Source of the DNA: a virus | Virus record (IMG/VR): IMGVR_UViG_3300042691_038651 | Coordinates: 1-64,000 of that record | DNA length: 64,000 nucleotides | Strand: one strand, 5' to 3' | Shown here: in pieces, positions 46,490 through 55,508 of the stretch | How positions within the stretch are numbered: the stretch's first letter is position 1 | How the letters are laid out: every line of letters starts with the position of its first letter | Position numbers and translations under genes: made by a program | The notes under the pieces: model-generated | What the model was told of the DNA's origin: nothing | The model's input: the letters and a program-made list of their open reading frames with translations, nothing else | Database searches by the model: none

Positions 46490-46864
46490 ATGAGAATCAT
46501 CAAAGCAACAGAAAACGCTTCAGGCAATCTTACCGACGCACAGCTCAAGTTTATGCGTGAGCTAAACACAAACCCTACATTCAACCGCAAAGAAAAGCCT
46601 TGGACGCTAGTCAAGATTCCAAAGTCAACTACTCGAAACGTTGCATGGCACATTCGCTTAGGCAATGAAAACTTCCACGCGCTGCAAATGTACTCTCACG
46701 GAGAGTTTGTAAAGATTTACAGAGCAGACGAAAAAGGAAAGCCGATGGGTTGGAGTCATTTAGTAAAAGAATATCTAAGCTATGTGGATCTGGAAGCGGC
46801 TGTTGACAGATTCTACGAAGAATACTCAAAAACACAAACAAATGAAGAGACTAAATCAATCTAG
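46490..46864 (+). CDS. hypothetical protein
   Basis: ORF track; abuts neighbouring genes. Confidence 0.55.
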   Translation: MRIIKATENASGNLTDAQLKFMRELNTNPTFNRKEKPWTLVKIPKSTTRNVAWHIRLGNENFHALQMYSHGEFVKIYRADEKGKPMGWSHLVKEYLSYVDLEAAVDRFYEEYSKTQTNEETKSI

Positions 46865-47462
46865 AGAAGACCTGGAAAACAAGAAAGACAACGAAGAGTT
46901 TTCTGACACCAGCCTCATCTCCGTGCATGGAGATCACATCTACTTTTACGCCCCGGTAAACCAGGAATCTGCACTGATTCTTAATCAAAAACTGCATCAG
47001 GTATCGATGCAAAGCCTGGGTGGCATTTTCAATAGCATGTACGAGGTAAACCCACCACCACCAATCTGGCTACACATCAATTCCTATGGCGGAGAGGTGT
47101 TTGCTGCTTTTGCAATTGCTGACACTATCGAACGTATCAAGACAACCGTTCCAATCGTTACAGTCGTGGAAGGCTGTGCTGCTTCTGCTGCAACCATCAT
47201 TTCTACGGCGGGAACAAGACGCCTCATGCGAAAGAATTCATATATGCTCATACACGAGCTTAGTGATATGGCATGGGGAAAACAGTCGGAGTTGGAGGAC
47301 CACATACAGAGCAATAAGGACATCATGAAGACCATGAAAGACTGGTATGCGCAGCGCACCAAGATCAAACCCGAAGATCTTGAAGAAATCTTAAAGCGCG
47401 ACCGTTGGTGGAACTCAAAACTGTGTAAGACCAAATATGGTCTAGTTGATGACATCATCTAA
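46842..47462 (+). CDS. ClpP-like serine protease
   Basis: LHINSYGGEV, GCAASAAT (Ser), MLIHE (His), RDRWW...YGLVD. Confidence 0.88.
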   Translation: MKRLNQSREDLENKKDNEEFSDTSLISVHGDHIYFYAPVNQESALILNQKLHQVSMQSLGGIFNSMYEVNPPPPIWLHINSYGGEVFAAFAIADTIERIKTTVPIVTVVEGCAASAATIISTAGTRRLMRKNSYMLIHELSDMAWGKQSELEDHIQSNKDIMKTMKDWYAQRTKIKPEDLEEILKRDRWWNSKLCKTKYGLVDDII

Positions 47463-47487
47463 AACCAAAATCACCCTGTGAATATAA
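47462..47487 (+). promoter_or_regulatory. putative bipartite early/middle promoter AAAC-N13-TGAATATAA, representative site
   Basis: Same spacing at 6160, 6605, 33278, 45042 and 50960, with a variant at 40883; mostly upstream of replication genes. Confidence 0.8.
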
Positions 47488-47510
47488 CTATCAAATCTTA
47501 AAAATCTAAA

Positions 47511-48260
47511 ATGGAAAAAGTAACACTGAAAGTAAAGTCAGCTTCCGAGTTTACCAACTTCTTGAAGCGATTCTCGCCAATCGAAAGCACGTTATTGCTC
47601 GAAATCGAGAACGGGTATTTGAAAGCCAAAACCCACACACCTGAGCGCAGCGTAGTAAAATCTTCCAAGATCGACATGAGTCAGATCTTCGACATGGAAG
47701 GCGTAATTACAACTGGCCAAAACATCCTGTTTGGAATCTTCAGCGTCGACAAATTGACTGAAGCGTTCAAACACTTCTCTGAGACTGATGTAGAATTTAC
47801 ATTGTCTTATGAAAACACCACTGATGGAATGGTTGGTACTGAGGTAATTCTATCAAGTCCAAGCTTAACAATCAACTTCCAATGCGCAAGCTTGAGATTG
47901 TTTACGCACATCACTGATGAAATGATGGACCGCATCAGCAACACCGAAGCTGCTCCAATCAACTTTGTTCTTACTAAAGAACATCAGAAAAGAATCTCTT
48001 CAATCTCAACTATCGACAGCGACCACAAGCTTTTGACAGTCAATGTTAAAGAAGGAAATGTAAACGTAACTGGAAGAAGTTACGATCTTTCCCTAATGAG
48101 CATCGACGATAAAGCTGCTGATGATGTATCAATTTCAATTTACAAGAACCAATTTAGCTTCTTGGATCGCGAGGATGCTGTGGCTCACTTATCAGGTGAC
48201 CGTATCGTATTTTCTTCAATTGAAACTGAAACAAAGACAATCATCGGCAAAGCAGAGTAA
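47511..48260 (+). CDS. sliding clamp (gp45-like)
   Basis: 249 aa; NFLKRFSPIESTLL, FGIFSVDKL pattern; directly upstream of the polymerase C-subunit. Confidence 0.65.
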   Translation: MEKVTLKVKSASEFTNFLKRFSPIESTLLLEIENGYLKAKTHTPERSVVKSSKIDMSQIFDMEGVITTGQNILFGIFSVDKLTEAFKHFSETDVEFTLSYENTTDGMVGTEVILSSPSLTINFQCASLRLFTHITDEMMDRISNTEAAPINFVLTKEHQKRISSISTIDSDHKLLTVNVKEGNVNVTGRSYDLSLMSIDDKAADDVSISIYKNQFSFLDREDAVAHLSGDRIVFSSIETETKTIIGKAE

Positions 48261-49445
48261 ATGGTGAGTACATACAAACATTGTCAAATTGACCCAAAGA
48301 CCGCATCAAGGGATGAGATCCTGGCTGAAATTGCCAGGCTCAATGCCCTGATGAATGAGAAGGGTAATGAGGAACAGGCAATCAAGATCTTCATTAACTC
48401 TATCTATGGTGCAACGGCTTCACCCTACTTTGTTGGTTACAACGTTCGGGTAGCGGAAGCTATTACGCTTCAGGGACAGGACATCATTAAGTTTGTATCA
48501 AAAACCATCAACCGTTACTTTCATGAATTTTGGCATCGTGATACTGAGCTTCATACCAAGCTGGGTATCACGAAAGTCGAAAAGGTAAAAGATGAAGTAA
48601 CAATCTACGGCGACACCGACTCCGCCTATGTATCGTTCCAGGAGCCTCTCTTTGGTTCAGATTGGAAAGGCGAGGATCCCACTGAATTTGTACTTGGCGT
48701 TTACAACCACCGTCTAAAAGACTACCTCAAAAAGGCTTTTGATAAATATGGCCAAATGTGGGGTACGGAAAACATTCAGGATTTGGAAATGGAAACCATC
48801 TCATATTCCGCAATCTTCCTTCGCAAGAAGAAGTATGTATTGGATTTGCGATGGAAAGATCCTGGCGTATTCTTTGAACCACAGTCCAAGATCAAGGCCA
48901 AAGGCGTGGAAATTGCACAGTCATCCACACCAAGTTTCATTCGTCTCAGAATGAAAAAGCTCTTGGAGTATATTTTCAGGGAAAAAGACAAACTGAACCT
49001 TCGCACTTTTGCAGATCTTCTTAAAGAAGAAAAGCGGGCGTTCACCGTAGAAAACATCGAAAACGTAGCATTCTCATCATCCATCAGCGATTATGAAAAA
49101 GGCATTTCCGATGACCGTAAAAAGTTGGTGATTAATGCACACTGTCCGATACACGTCCGGGCCGCAGGTTACCACAACTACTTGCTCAACAATTCAAAGT
49201 GGAAGAACAAGTATCAACTCATCAAATCAGGAGACAAAGTTCGTTATTACTACGCAAAAGCCGAACGCGGCGAAGAAAATGTATTTGCATTCCTGCCCGG
49301 TAACTTCCCGGTAGAACTGGCACCTGCTGTAGATTATGATACTCAATTTTCAAAAGGATTGATTGAACCTCTAAACCGGTTTATCTCGGCTATTGGTCTT
49401 CCTCCAATCTCTTCTGAAATCATTGTTCGAACACAACTCTTCTAA
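48261..49445 (+). CDS. family B DNA polymerase, C-terminal subunit (motifs B and C, thumb)
   Basis: KIFINSIYG, AEAITLQGQ, YGDTDS, KKKY, KGVE..QSSTP, PIHVRAA. Confidence 0.93.
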   Translation: MVSTYKHCQIDPKTASRDEILAEIARLNALMNEKGNEEQAIKIFINSIYGATASPYFVGYNVRVAEAITLQGQDIIKFVSKTINRYFHEFWHRDTELHTKLGITKVEKVKDEVTIYGDTDSAYVSFQEPLFGSDWKGEDPTEFVLGVYNHRLKDYLKKAFDKYGQMWGTENIQDLEMETISYSAIFLRKKKYVLDLRWKDPGVFFEPQSKIKAKGVEIAQSSTPSFIRLRMKKLLEYIFREKDKLNLRTFADLLKEEKRAFTVENIENVAFSSSISDYEKGISDDRKKLVINAHCPIHVRAAGYHNYLLNNSKWKNKYQLIKSGDKVRYYYAKAERGEENVFAFLPGNFPVELAPAVDYDTQFSKGLIEPLNRFISAIGLPPISSEIIVRTQLF

Positions 49446-49460
49446 AATAAAGTAAAACAA

Positions 49461-50693
49461 ATGGCAAAAGAATTCTCTTTCAATGATCTCGACGAACAGC
49501 TCACCAAGATTAGTCCTAAAGGCTCTGTAATCTCCGCAAACTCTTACTCAAGAATTGACGAATGGATTAGCACGGGTAACTACCTGCTTAATGCACAATT
49601 AAGCGGTTCGCTCTTTGGTGGCATTCCAAACAGTCGTTCAATCTGCTTGGCCGGTGAATCCGGAACAGGCAAAACTTTCTTGGCTCTCAACATCTGTCGC
49701 GAGGCTCAACTCATGGGTTACAATATCATCTATTGCGACTCCGAGGCTGCGGTTGACCAGGACGTAATTCAAAACTTTGGCGTGGATCCGGATTCATTCC
49801 GTTACCAACCAGTAAGTACACCACTTGAAGTAAGACAATTTGTTGCACACCTTTGCGACCAATTGAAAAAGGCAAAAGACGCAGGCAAAGCTCTGCCAAA
49901 GGTTATGCTGGTACTCGACTCACTTGGAAACCTGGCCACTACAAAGGAACGTGCTGATGCAATCAGCGGATCCGATAAACGCGATATGACCAAGCAACAA
50001 GAACTTCGTTCATTGTTCCGCGTAATCACAGCTGACTTGGCCGAGCTAAAGATTCCTTTCGTCTTTACCAACCACACATATGCAACCATCGGTTCATACG
50101 TACCTGGCCAAACAATCTCAGGTGGTGGTGGCGCAATCTATAACGCGTCAGTTATTCTACAGCTTTCTAAGGCTGGATTGAAGGAAGATGGTACCAATAA
50201 GACTGGTATCATTGTAACCTCTAAACCCGCAAAGAATCGTTTTGCTCGTCCGCTTCCTATCAAGTTTCACATCAGTTTCTACAAAGGTATGAATCCCTAT
50301 GTTGGTCTTGAACAATTCCTTAGCTGGAAAAATTGTGGAGTTCAACGTGGTAAGTTGCTTACTGAGAAGGAATTCCAAAAGTACTACAAGGAGGACAATC
50401 CAAAGTACCAAGAGGTTCTTGAGACAGAAATCAGCAGAACTGCCGAGGACGGTACAGTTGAAAAGTTCTACCTCGAGGCAAAAGAAACTGCACGAACTAT
50501 CGCAGTTGCTCACCTGTTCGACGTAATCAAGCCACAAGAACTCTTTTCTTCAAAGGTGTTCACCAAGGATATGCTTAAGAAACTGGATGAAAACTTTATC
50601 CAAACAATGTTTAAGCTTCCAAATGTATCCACACTCGGCGACATTGAAAATGACGAAATCTCTGAAATGATATCCGATGAGTCTGAAGATTGA
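49461..50693 (+). CDS. uvsX: UvsX/RecA recombinase
   Basis: ISTGNYLLN, AGESGTGKT, DSE, LDSLGNL, TNHTY, SGGGG. Confidence 0.93.
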   Translation: MAKEFSFNDLDEQLTKISPKGSVISANSYSRIDEWISTGNYLLNAQLSGSLFGGIPNSRSICLAGESGTGKTFLALNICREAQLMGYNIIYCDSEAAVDQDVIQNFGVDPDSFRYQPVSTPLEVRQFVAHLCDQLKKAKDAGKALPKVMLVLDSLGNLATTKERADAISGSDKRDMTKQQELRSLFRVITADLAELKIPFVFTNHTYATIGSYVPGQTISGGGGAIYNASVILQLSKAGLKEDGTNKTGIIVTSKPAKNRFARPLPIKFHISFYKGMNPYVGLEQFLSWKNCGVQRGKLLTEKEFQKYYKEDNPKYQEVLETEISRTAEDGTVEKFYLEAKETARTIAVAHLFDVIKPQELFSSKVFTKDMLKKLDENFIQTMFKLPNVSTLGDIENDEISEMISDESED

Positions 50694-50979
50694 TAGAAAA
50701 AGGCTTCCTGCCAAGTATGCATTGGAGGTCTACAAAATGGTTGATGGCTATCCGTCAACCATTGATCTTTTATATGAGGTTGTAACTATATTGGAGGAGC
50801 GTAAAGCTCTGGAAGAAAAGTTCACAGCAAAATCTATGATGCGTGAAGTAAGCGTTAGGGTTGATGATAAAGATCTGGAAGATAGCATGGACGAAATGGT
50901 AGTAGAAGGATGGCTCCGAAGAGTCGATGATGGTTACCAATTAGCCAAACATCCGTGGGAAACCAATGACAAACCGTGA
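50677..50979 (+). CDS. hypothetical protein (winged-helix-like)
   Basis: ORF track; C-terminal LEDSMDEMVVEGWL...YQL. Confidence 0.5.
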   Translation: MSLKIDRKRLPAKYALEVYKMVDGYPSTIDLLYEVVTILEERKALEEKFTAKSMMREVSVRVDDKDLEDSMDEMVVEGWLRRVDDGYQLAKHPWETNDKP

Positions 50980-50991
50980 ATATAACTTAAT

Positions 50992-52293
50992 ATGACATCT
51001 ACCCACTTAGAAAAAATCTTCTTTCATTACCTACAGGCAAACCGTGAATTGCAAGGTATTGTAGAACCACGCTTTTTTGAATCTACTCTGATTCGAAAGG
51101 TATACGAACTCTCTCGTGAGTTCTCACAAAAGTACAGCGACGCTCCAACTCGCAACCAAATCTTGGAAATTGCCAAGATGAAAAACATGGAGGAGGACGT
51201 CACAGAAACTGCTCTAGTTCCGCTGTACGACATCAACCTTTCCGAATACGAGGAAGAGTGGTTGAAGGAAACTGCTGAGTCATGGATTGAATACAAGAAT
51301 CTTGATACTTCAATCTTCGATGTCATCAACTACTTAAAAACTACCAAGGTTTCTGCGGAAAACATCAAGGATGTGGTAGAAAAAGTAAAAGGAATTGTCA
51401 ATGACAGGAACTCAATCGAGTTTGGTTTTGATGAAGGCCTTGACTTTTTCAATCCAGATTCACACATACAGCCGACCAACGATACCTTTTCTACCGGCTA
51501 TAACTACATCGACCTGGTTCTAGGTGGCGGTTTCTATTCCAAAGCTCTTTTCTGTTTTATTGGCGAAATGAAGATTGGTAAGTCAATTTGGCTTGCTAAT
51601 TTGGCTGCCAATAGCGTCCGCCAAGGTTTCAATACCGCAGTCATCTCTCTCGAGATGCGAGACAGAAAACTTATCAAACGTCTAGGCGCAAACCTTCTTG
51701 GTATTTCCATGCGAGATTACGGAAATGCTGCAACTGATAAAGTTGCGATGAAGAAAAAGCTTGGCAATATGGGATACGATAGTTTGGTTATGCCAGGTAA
51801 ACTCTTCGTAAAAGAATTCCCAACATCTTCAGCAGGCGTACCTGATATCGAAAAGTATCTCAAGAAAATGGAGGAAACCAAAGGCATAAAGTTCAAGGTA
51901 GTGGTTCTCGACTACATCAATATTTTGAAGAACTGGCGGAATCCAAATACTGAGAATATGTACATGAAGATCAAACAAATTGCCGAAGACCTTCGGGCGA
52001 TGGCAATGCGTAATGATTGGGCGATAGTAACTGCTACACAGGTCAACCGCTCGGGTTTTGGAAGTACCGACTTAAGTATTACAAACATTTCCGAATCTGC
52101 TGCGTTAGGCCACACGGTGGATGCAATGTTTGGTATCATCCAGGATGAAATTATGCACGCCAACCGCGAATATACCCTAAAGTTGCTAGCCAACCGTGAT
52201 GATGGCTATAAAAATAGCAGAAAGAAATTCAACATTGACTATGACTATATGCGCATCACTGAGGATACAACAACTGAAATAATAACCGAATAA
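50992..52293 (+). CDS. replicative DnaB-family helicase (gp41-like)
   Basis: GEMKIGKS, ISLEM, VKEFPT, LDYINI, IAEDLRAMA, TATQVNRSG, SES. Confidence 0.93.
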   Translation: MTSTHLEKIFFHYLQANRELQGIVEPRFFESTLIRKVYELSREFSQKYSDAPTRNQILEIAKMKNMEEDVTETALVPLYDINLSEYEEEWLKETAESWIEYKNLDTSIFDVINYLKTTKVSAENIKDVVEKVKGIVNDRNSIEFGFDEGLDFFNPDSHIQPTNDTFSTGYNYIDLVLGGGFYSKALFCFIGEMKIGKSIWLANLAANSVRQGFNTAVISLEMRDRKLIKRLGANLLGISMRDYGNAATDKVAMKKKLGNMGYDSLVMPGKLFVKEFPTSSAGVPDIEKYLKKMEETKGIKFKVVVLDYINILKNWRNPNTENMYMKIKQIAEDLRAMAMRNDWAIVTATQVNRSGFGSTDLSITNISESAALGHTVDAMFGIIQDEIMHANREYTLKLLANRDDGYKNSRKKFNIDYDYMRITEDTTTEIITE

Positions 52294-52294
52294 C

Positions 52295-52720
52295 ATGGCA
52301 AAAGAAGACAAAATCTTTAACAACCGGTACAACACTGGTGAAATCAGCTACGAGCCGTTTCCCAAAATGCGTATCGATCTGCCTGAGAACTTCGACATAT
52401 TGGAAGAATATCAAGCTCACGAGCTACAAAAAGTATTGCTGGAAATCTTCCAAGCTGCTCCATTTTTTGAAACGCTTACCAATAATCGCAAAGTTCCCAA
52501 AGGCGAATCTTGCAAAATCTTCTATCACTTTGAAGATGAACTAAATAAAAGAGCGGATATGCGACTGATGGATAAGTTCATCATAGTAGCCGACTTTATG
52601 GAAATGAGTTACGAAGTACTCTACAAAGAAATCAGTATCAAACACAAAGAAACTCTTCTCAAAGAAATGGACGACGAATACGGCATATTCAAGAAGAGAA
52701 ACATACACAGATTGTTCTAA
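52295..52720 (+). CDS. hypothetical protein, possibly a gp33-like late co-activator
   Basis: The C-terminal helices weakly resemble gp33 (from recall). Confidence 0.3.
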   Translation: MAKEDKIFNNRYNTGEISYEPFPKMRIDLPENFDILEEYQAHELQKVLLEIFQAAPFFETLTNNRKVPKGESCKIFYHFEDELNKRADMRLMDKFIIVADFMEMSYEVLYKEISIKHKETLLKEMDDEYGIFKKRNIHRLF

Positions 52721-53808
52721 TGAAAATTGACGCAAAAAGAATTTGGCTAGTTAGTGATACCCATCTGGGTGTCAGGTCCAACTCGAGAGAGTGGATGGAT
52801 AACATTGAGTCGTACTTCCGTGAATTCTTTATGCCCACAATTAAGAAGCATTATCAGCCTGGAGATGTGGTGGTACACTGCGGCGATGTATTTGATTCGC
52901 GGCAGTCCATCAACCTCTACATCATGAACAAAGGAATTTCCATTTTCGAAGACTTGGCAGAAATCTTGCCGGTCTATATGATTATTGGAAACCATGACAT
53001 CTTTATGAAGAGTTCAAATGAAATCAATTCGTTGAAAGTCTTCAAGAACAGCAAGAACATTACCATTTTTGAGGAACCGCAAAAGGTAAAGTTTGGTCCA
53101 CGGACTGCTCTAATGATGCCGTGGCGAGAAAATCACCACGCGGAAGCTGAGGTGCTTAACGACCCAGCCAATTTTGCTGACCTGGTATTTTGTCACACTG
53201 ATGTAAAAGGCTTTACTTTTAACAAGATGCAGAGAATTGAAGACGGTAATGATGCTGACACATATGAAAAGTATCAACGCGTCTACTCAGGGCATATTCA
53301 CTGGGCACAGAAGTTTAAGAACATACGAATGCTGGGTTCTCCTTATCAGCTCACGAGAAGCGATAACGGAAATACCAAAAGCATTTGGCTGCTTGACCTG
53401 GAAACTCTAGAAGAAACCCAGTTTGAAAACACGCATTCTCCAAAGTTTGTTCGTTTCAAACTTGATTGGTTGCTGGAACAGCCAATGGAACACATACAGT
53501 CTCTGTTTGAAAACAATTATGTAGATATCATGGTTGATGCAACCTGGTCTACATGGTTCCCGTTCTCAATTTTCACAGAGGCGTTTACAGGCTATCGCAA
53601 AATCAACTACATCATTACTACCACTGATTCAGAATCAGAAGATGGCGATCTACCAGTAGAAAATGAGGAAATCAATCTCCTGAAAATGATTGAGCTTCAT
53701 ATTGAAAGTCTTCCTTACAATGAAGGTTTGAAAGAAAAGCTCACAAAAGTATCAACACAGATCTACAATAAGATCTCACAAAACCTAAGCAGAGGCTCAA
53801 CCGAATGA
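52720..53808 (+). CDS. Mre11/SbcD-like nuclease (gp47)
   Basis: SDTHLG, GDVFD, GNHD, SGHIH, GSPYQ. Confidence 0.93.
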   Translation: MKIDAKRIWLVSDTHLGVRSNSREWMDNIESYFREFFMPTIKKHYQPGDVVVHCGDVFDSRQSINLYIMNKGISIFEDLAEILPVYMIIGNHDIFMKSSNEINSLKVFKNSKNITIFEEPQKVKFGPRTALMMPWRENHHAEAEVLNDPANFADLVFCHTDVKGFTFNKMQRIEDGNDADTYEKYQRVYSGHIHWAQKFKNIRMLGSPYQLTRSDNGNTKSIWLLDLETLEETQFENTHSPKFVRFKLDWLLEQPMEHIQSLFENNYVDIMVDATWSTWFPFSIFTEAFTGYRKINYIITTTDSESEDGDLPVENEEINLLKMIELHIESLPYNEGLKEKLTKVSTQIYNKISQNLSRGSTE

Positions 53809-55481
53809 AGATAAAAAGCATAGAGTGGAAAAACTTTAACTCGTACGGAAACCGTATGCAGAAAATTGCATTTGATGCAAATCAAGGCGCATTTTATGTA
53901 GTGACGGGACATAACGGCGCAGGTAAGTCTACTATCTCAGACGTCATCAAATATGGATTGTACGGAAGACTCGATAACAAGAAAAACCGTGACATTCCAA
54001 ACCGCTTCAACGGAAATATGTTTGTCCGTGTAGTGGTAGAAAAAATGCCAGGTGTTGAGGCAACCATTGAACGTGGATTGGCCCCAAACTTCTTTAGGCT
54101 TTACATCAACGGCAAGGAATATGACCAGGCCGGTAAAAGAAATGTACAAGACTACCTTGAAGAGGAAATCTTGGGAATGCCATACTACATTTTCAACAAC
54201 ATCGTTTCACTCTCAATCAATGACTTTAAGTCATTCCTGGGAATGAGCCCGGCAGACAAGCGCCAAATCATTGATAAGCTATTTGGATTGGAAATGCTTG
54301 CTCACCTACGTTGGTATGTGAAAGAGCACCTCAAAGGAATCCGTGAAGGCATTTCCAATGTGGAAACTGAGATTGCCGTTTTGGAACGCACAATTGAAAA
54401 GTCCAACTCGGAATTAGAACTTCTATATGAAAAACTTAAGTCAGCTGATGAAGAAAAGAAAGTTCAGCTTATTGAAGGTATTCAAAAAGTTCAAGGATAC
54501 ATTGCCGAGGCTGACAAACGCCTGAGTGAAATTGAGGAAAAAGATGGATCCCTACGAGATGCACTACGGGAATGGAATAAAAAACTTACAGACAAGCAGT
54601 ATGAGTTAAGAGCAAAACGCGAAAAGGACTCCCTCTACAAAAATGATTGCTGTCCTACCTGTGGTTCTGACCTGCACACCGACTATCACAAAACCTTAAT
54701 GGAGGAAAACGCCGAAGAAATCAAAATGATTGAAGGTGAACTTGTTTCTATCAAGGAGTCTGTGAAAACTCTGGAAGAAAACGGTAAGAAGATAACCGAG
54801 ATTCGTACCGACCTCAGTGGAAAGAAATCTGCGGCCAAGCAAAAAATAGCAACTCTGCAAAGAGACCTAAGTCTCCTGTCCGATGATGATGTAAAGGATG
54901 AGCAAACCGGTTCTCTGAAAAGCATTATCGATGATTCCGAAACCAAGAAAATTGATGCTTTAAAGAAGAAGGACGAAGAAGAGAAGAAATCAAACTTCTA
55001 CAAAATCATTGAAGAGATATTTGGCGACCGTGGCGTAAAACTGTCTGCTATCAAAAGAATTGTACCAGTGCTCAATCAGGAAATACGCAAAGTTTTGAAA
55101 GAATTGAACGTGGACTACCGTGTATCTTTTGAGGAAGACTTCAGCGTAAAGATTCTACACATGGGATATGATGTATCGGCTGACCAGCTGAGCACTGGCG
55201 AAAGAAAGAAGATCGACTTTGCTGTAATCATTGCTCTGATTCGCATCATGAAGATTAAGTTTCATGGCCTAAACCTCATCTTCCTAGATGAAATCTTCTC
55301 CTCAATTGATAGCGATGGTATTTGGCACATCCTTAAAGTACTATCCAATGCTTCCAAGGAGCTTGGCCTACATACCTTTGTAATTAACCACAGCAATCTA
55401 CCAACCGAAGTATTTGACTACAGAGTAGAAATTGAGAAGAAAAACGGCTTTTCTGAACTAAATGTTGAGGCAGTAAGCTAA
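53805..55481 (+). CDS. Rad50/SbcC-like ATPase (gp46)
   Basis: KNFNSYGN, GHNGAGKST, Zn hook CPTCG, LSTGE, FLDEIF. Confidence 0.95.
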   Translation: MKIKSIEWKNFNSYGNRMQKIAFDANQGAFYVVTGHNGAGKSTISDVIKYGLYGRLDNKKNRDIPNRFNGNMFVRVVVEKMPGVEATIERGLAPNFFRLYINGKEYDQAGKRNVQDYLEEEILGMPYYIFNNIVSLSINDFKSFLGMSPADKRQIIDKLFGLEMLAHLRWYVKEHLKGIREGISNVETEIAVLERTIEKSNSELELLYEKLKSADEEKKVQLIEGIQKVQGYIAEADKRLSEIEEKDGSLRDALREWNKKLTDKQYELRAKREKDSLYKNDCCPTCGSDLHTDYHKTLMEENAEEIKMIEGELVSIKESVKTLEENGKKITEIRTDLSGKKSAAKQKIATLQRDLSLLSDDDVKDEQTGSLKSIIDDSETKKIDALKKKDEEEKKSNFYKIIEEIFGDRGVKLSAIKRIVPVLNQEIRKVLKELNVDYRVSFEEDFSVKILHMGYDVSADQLSTGERKKIDFAVIIALIRIMKIKFHGLNLIFLDEIFSSIDSDGIWHILKVLSNASKELGLHTFVINHSNLPTEVFDYRVEIEKKNGFSELNVEAVS

Positions 55482-55508
55482 GATATATAGTAAAACAAAA
55501 CAACCTTA

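Noticed and set aside
46842-47462. ClpP-like gene as the protease that cleaves the leaders
   Set aside because: It lies in a replication operon, and Glu-specific cleavage fits a gp21-type protease, which is not in this window. It cannot be fully excluded.
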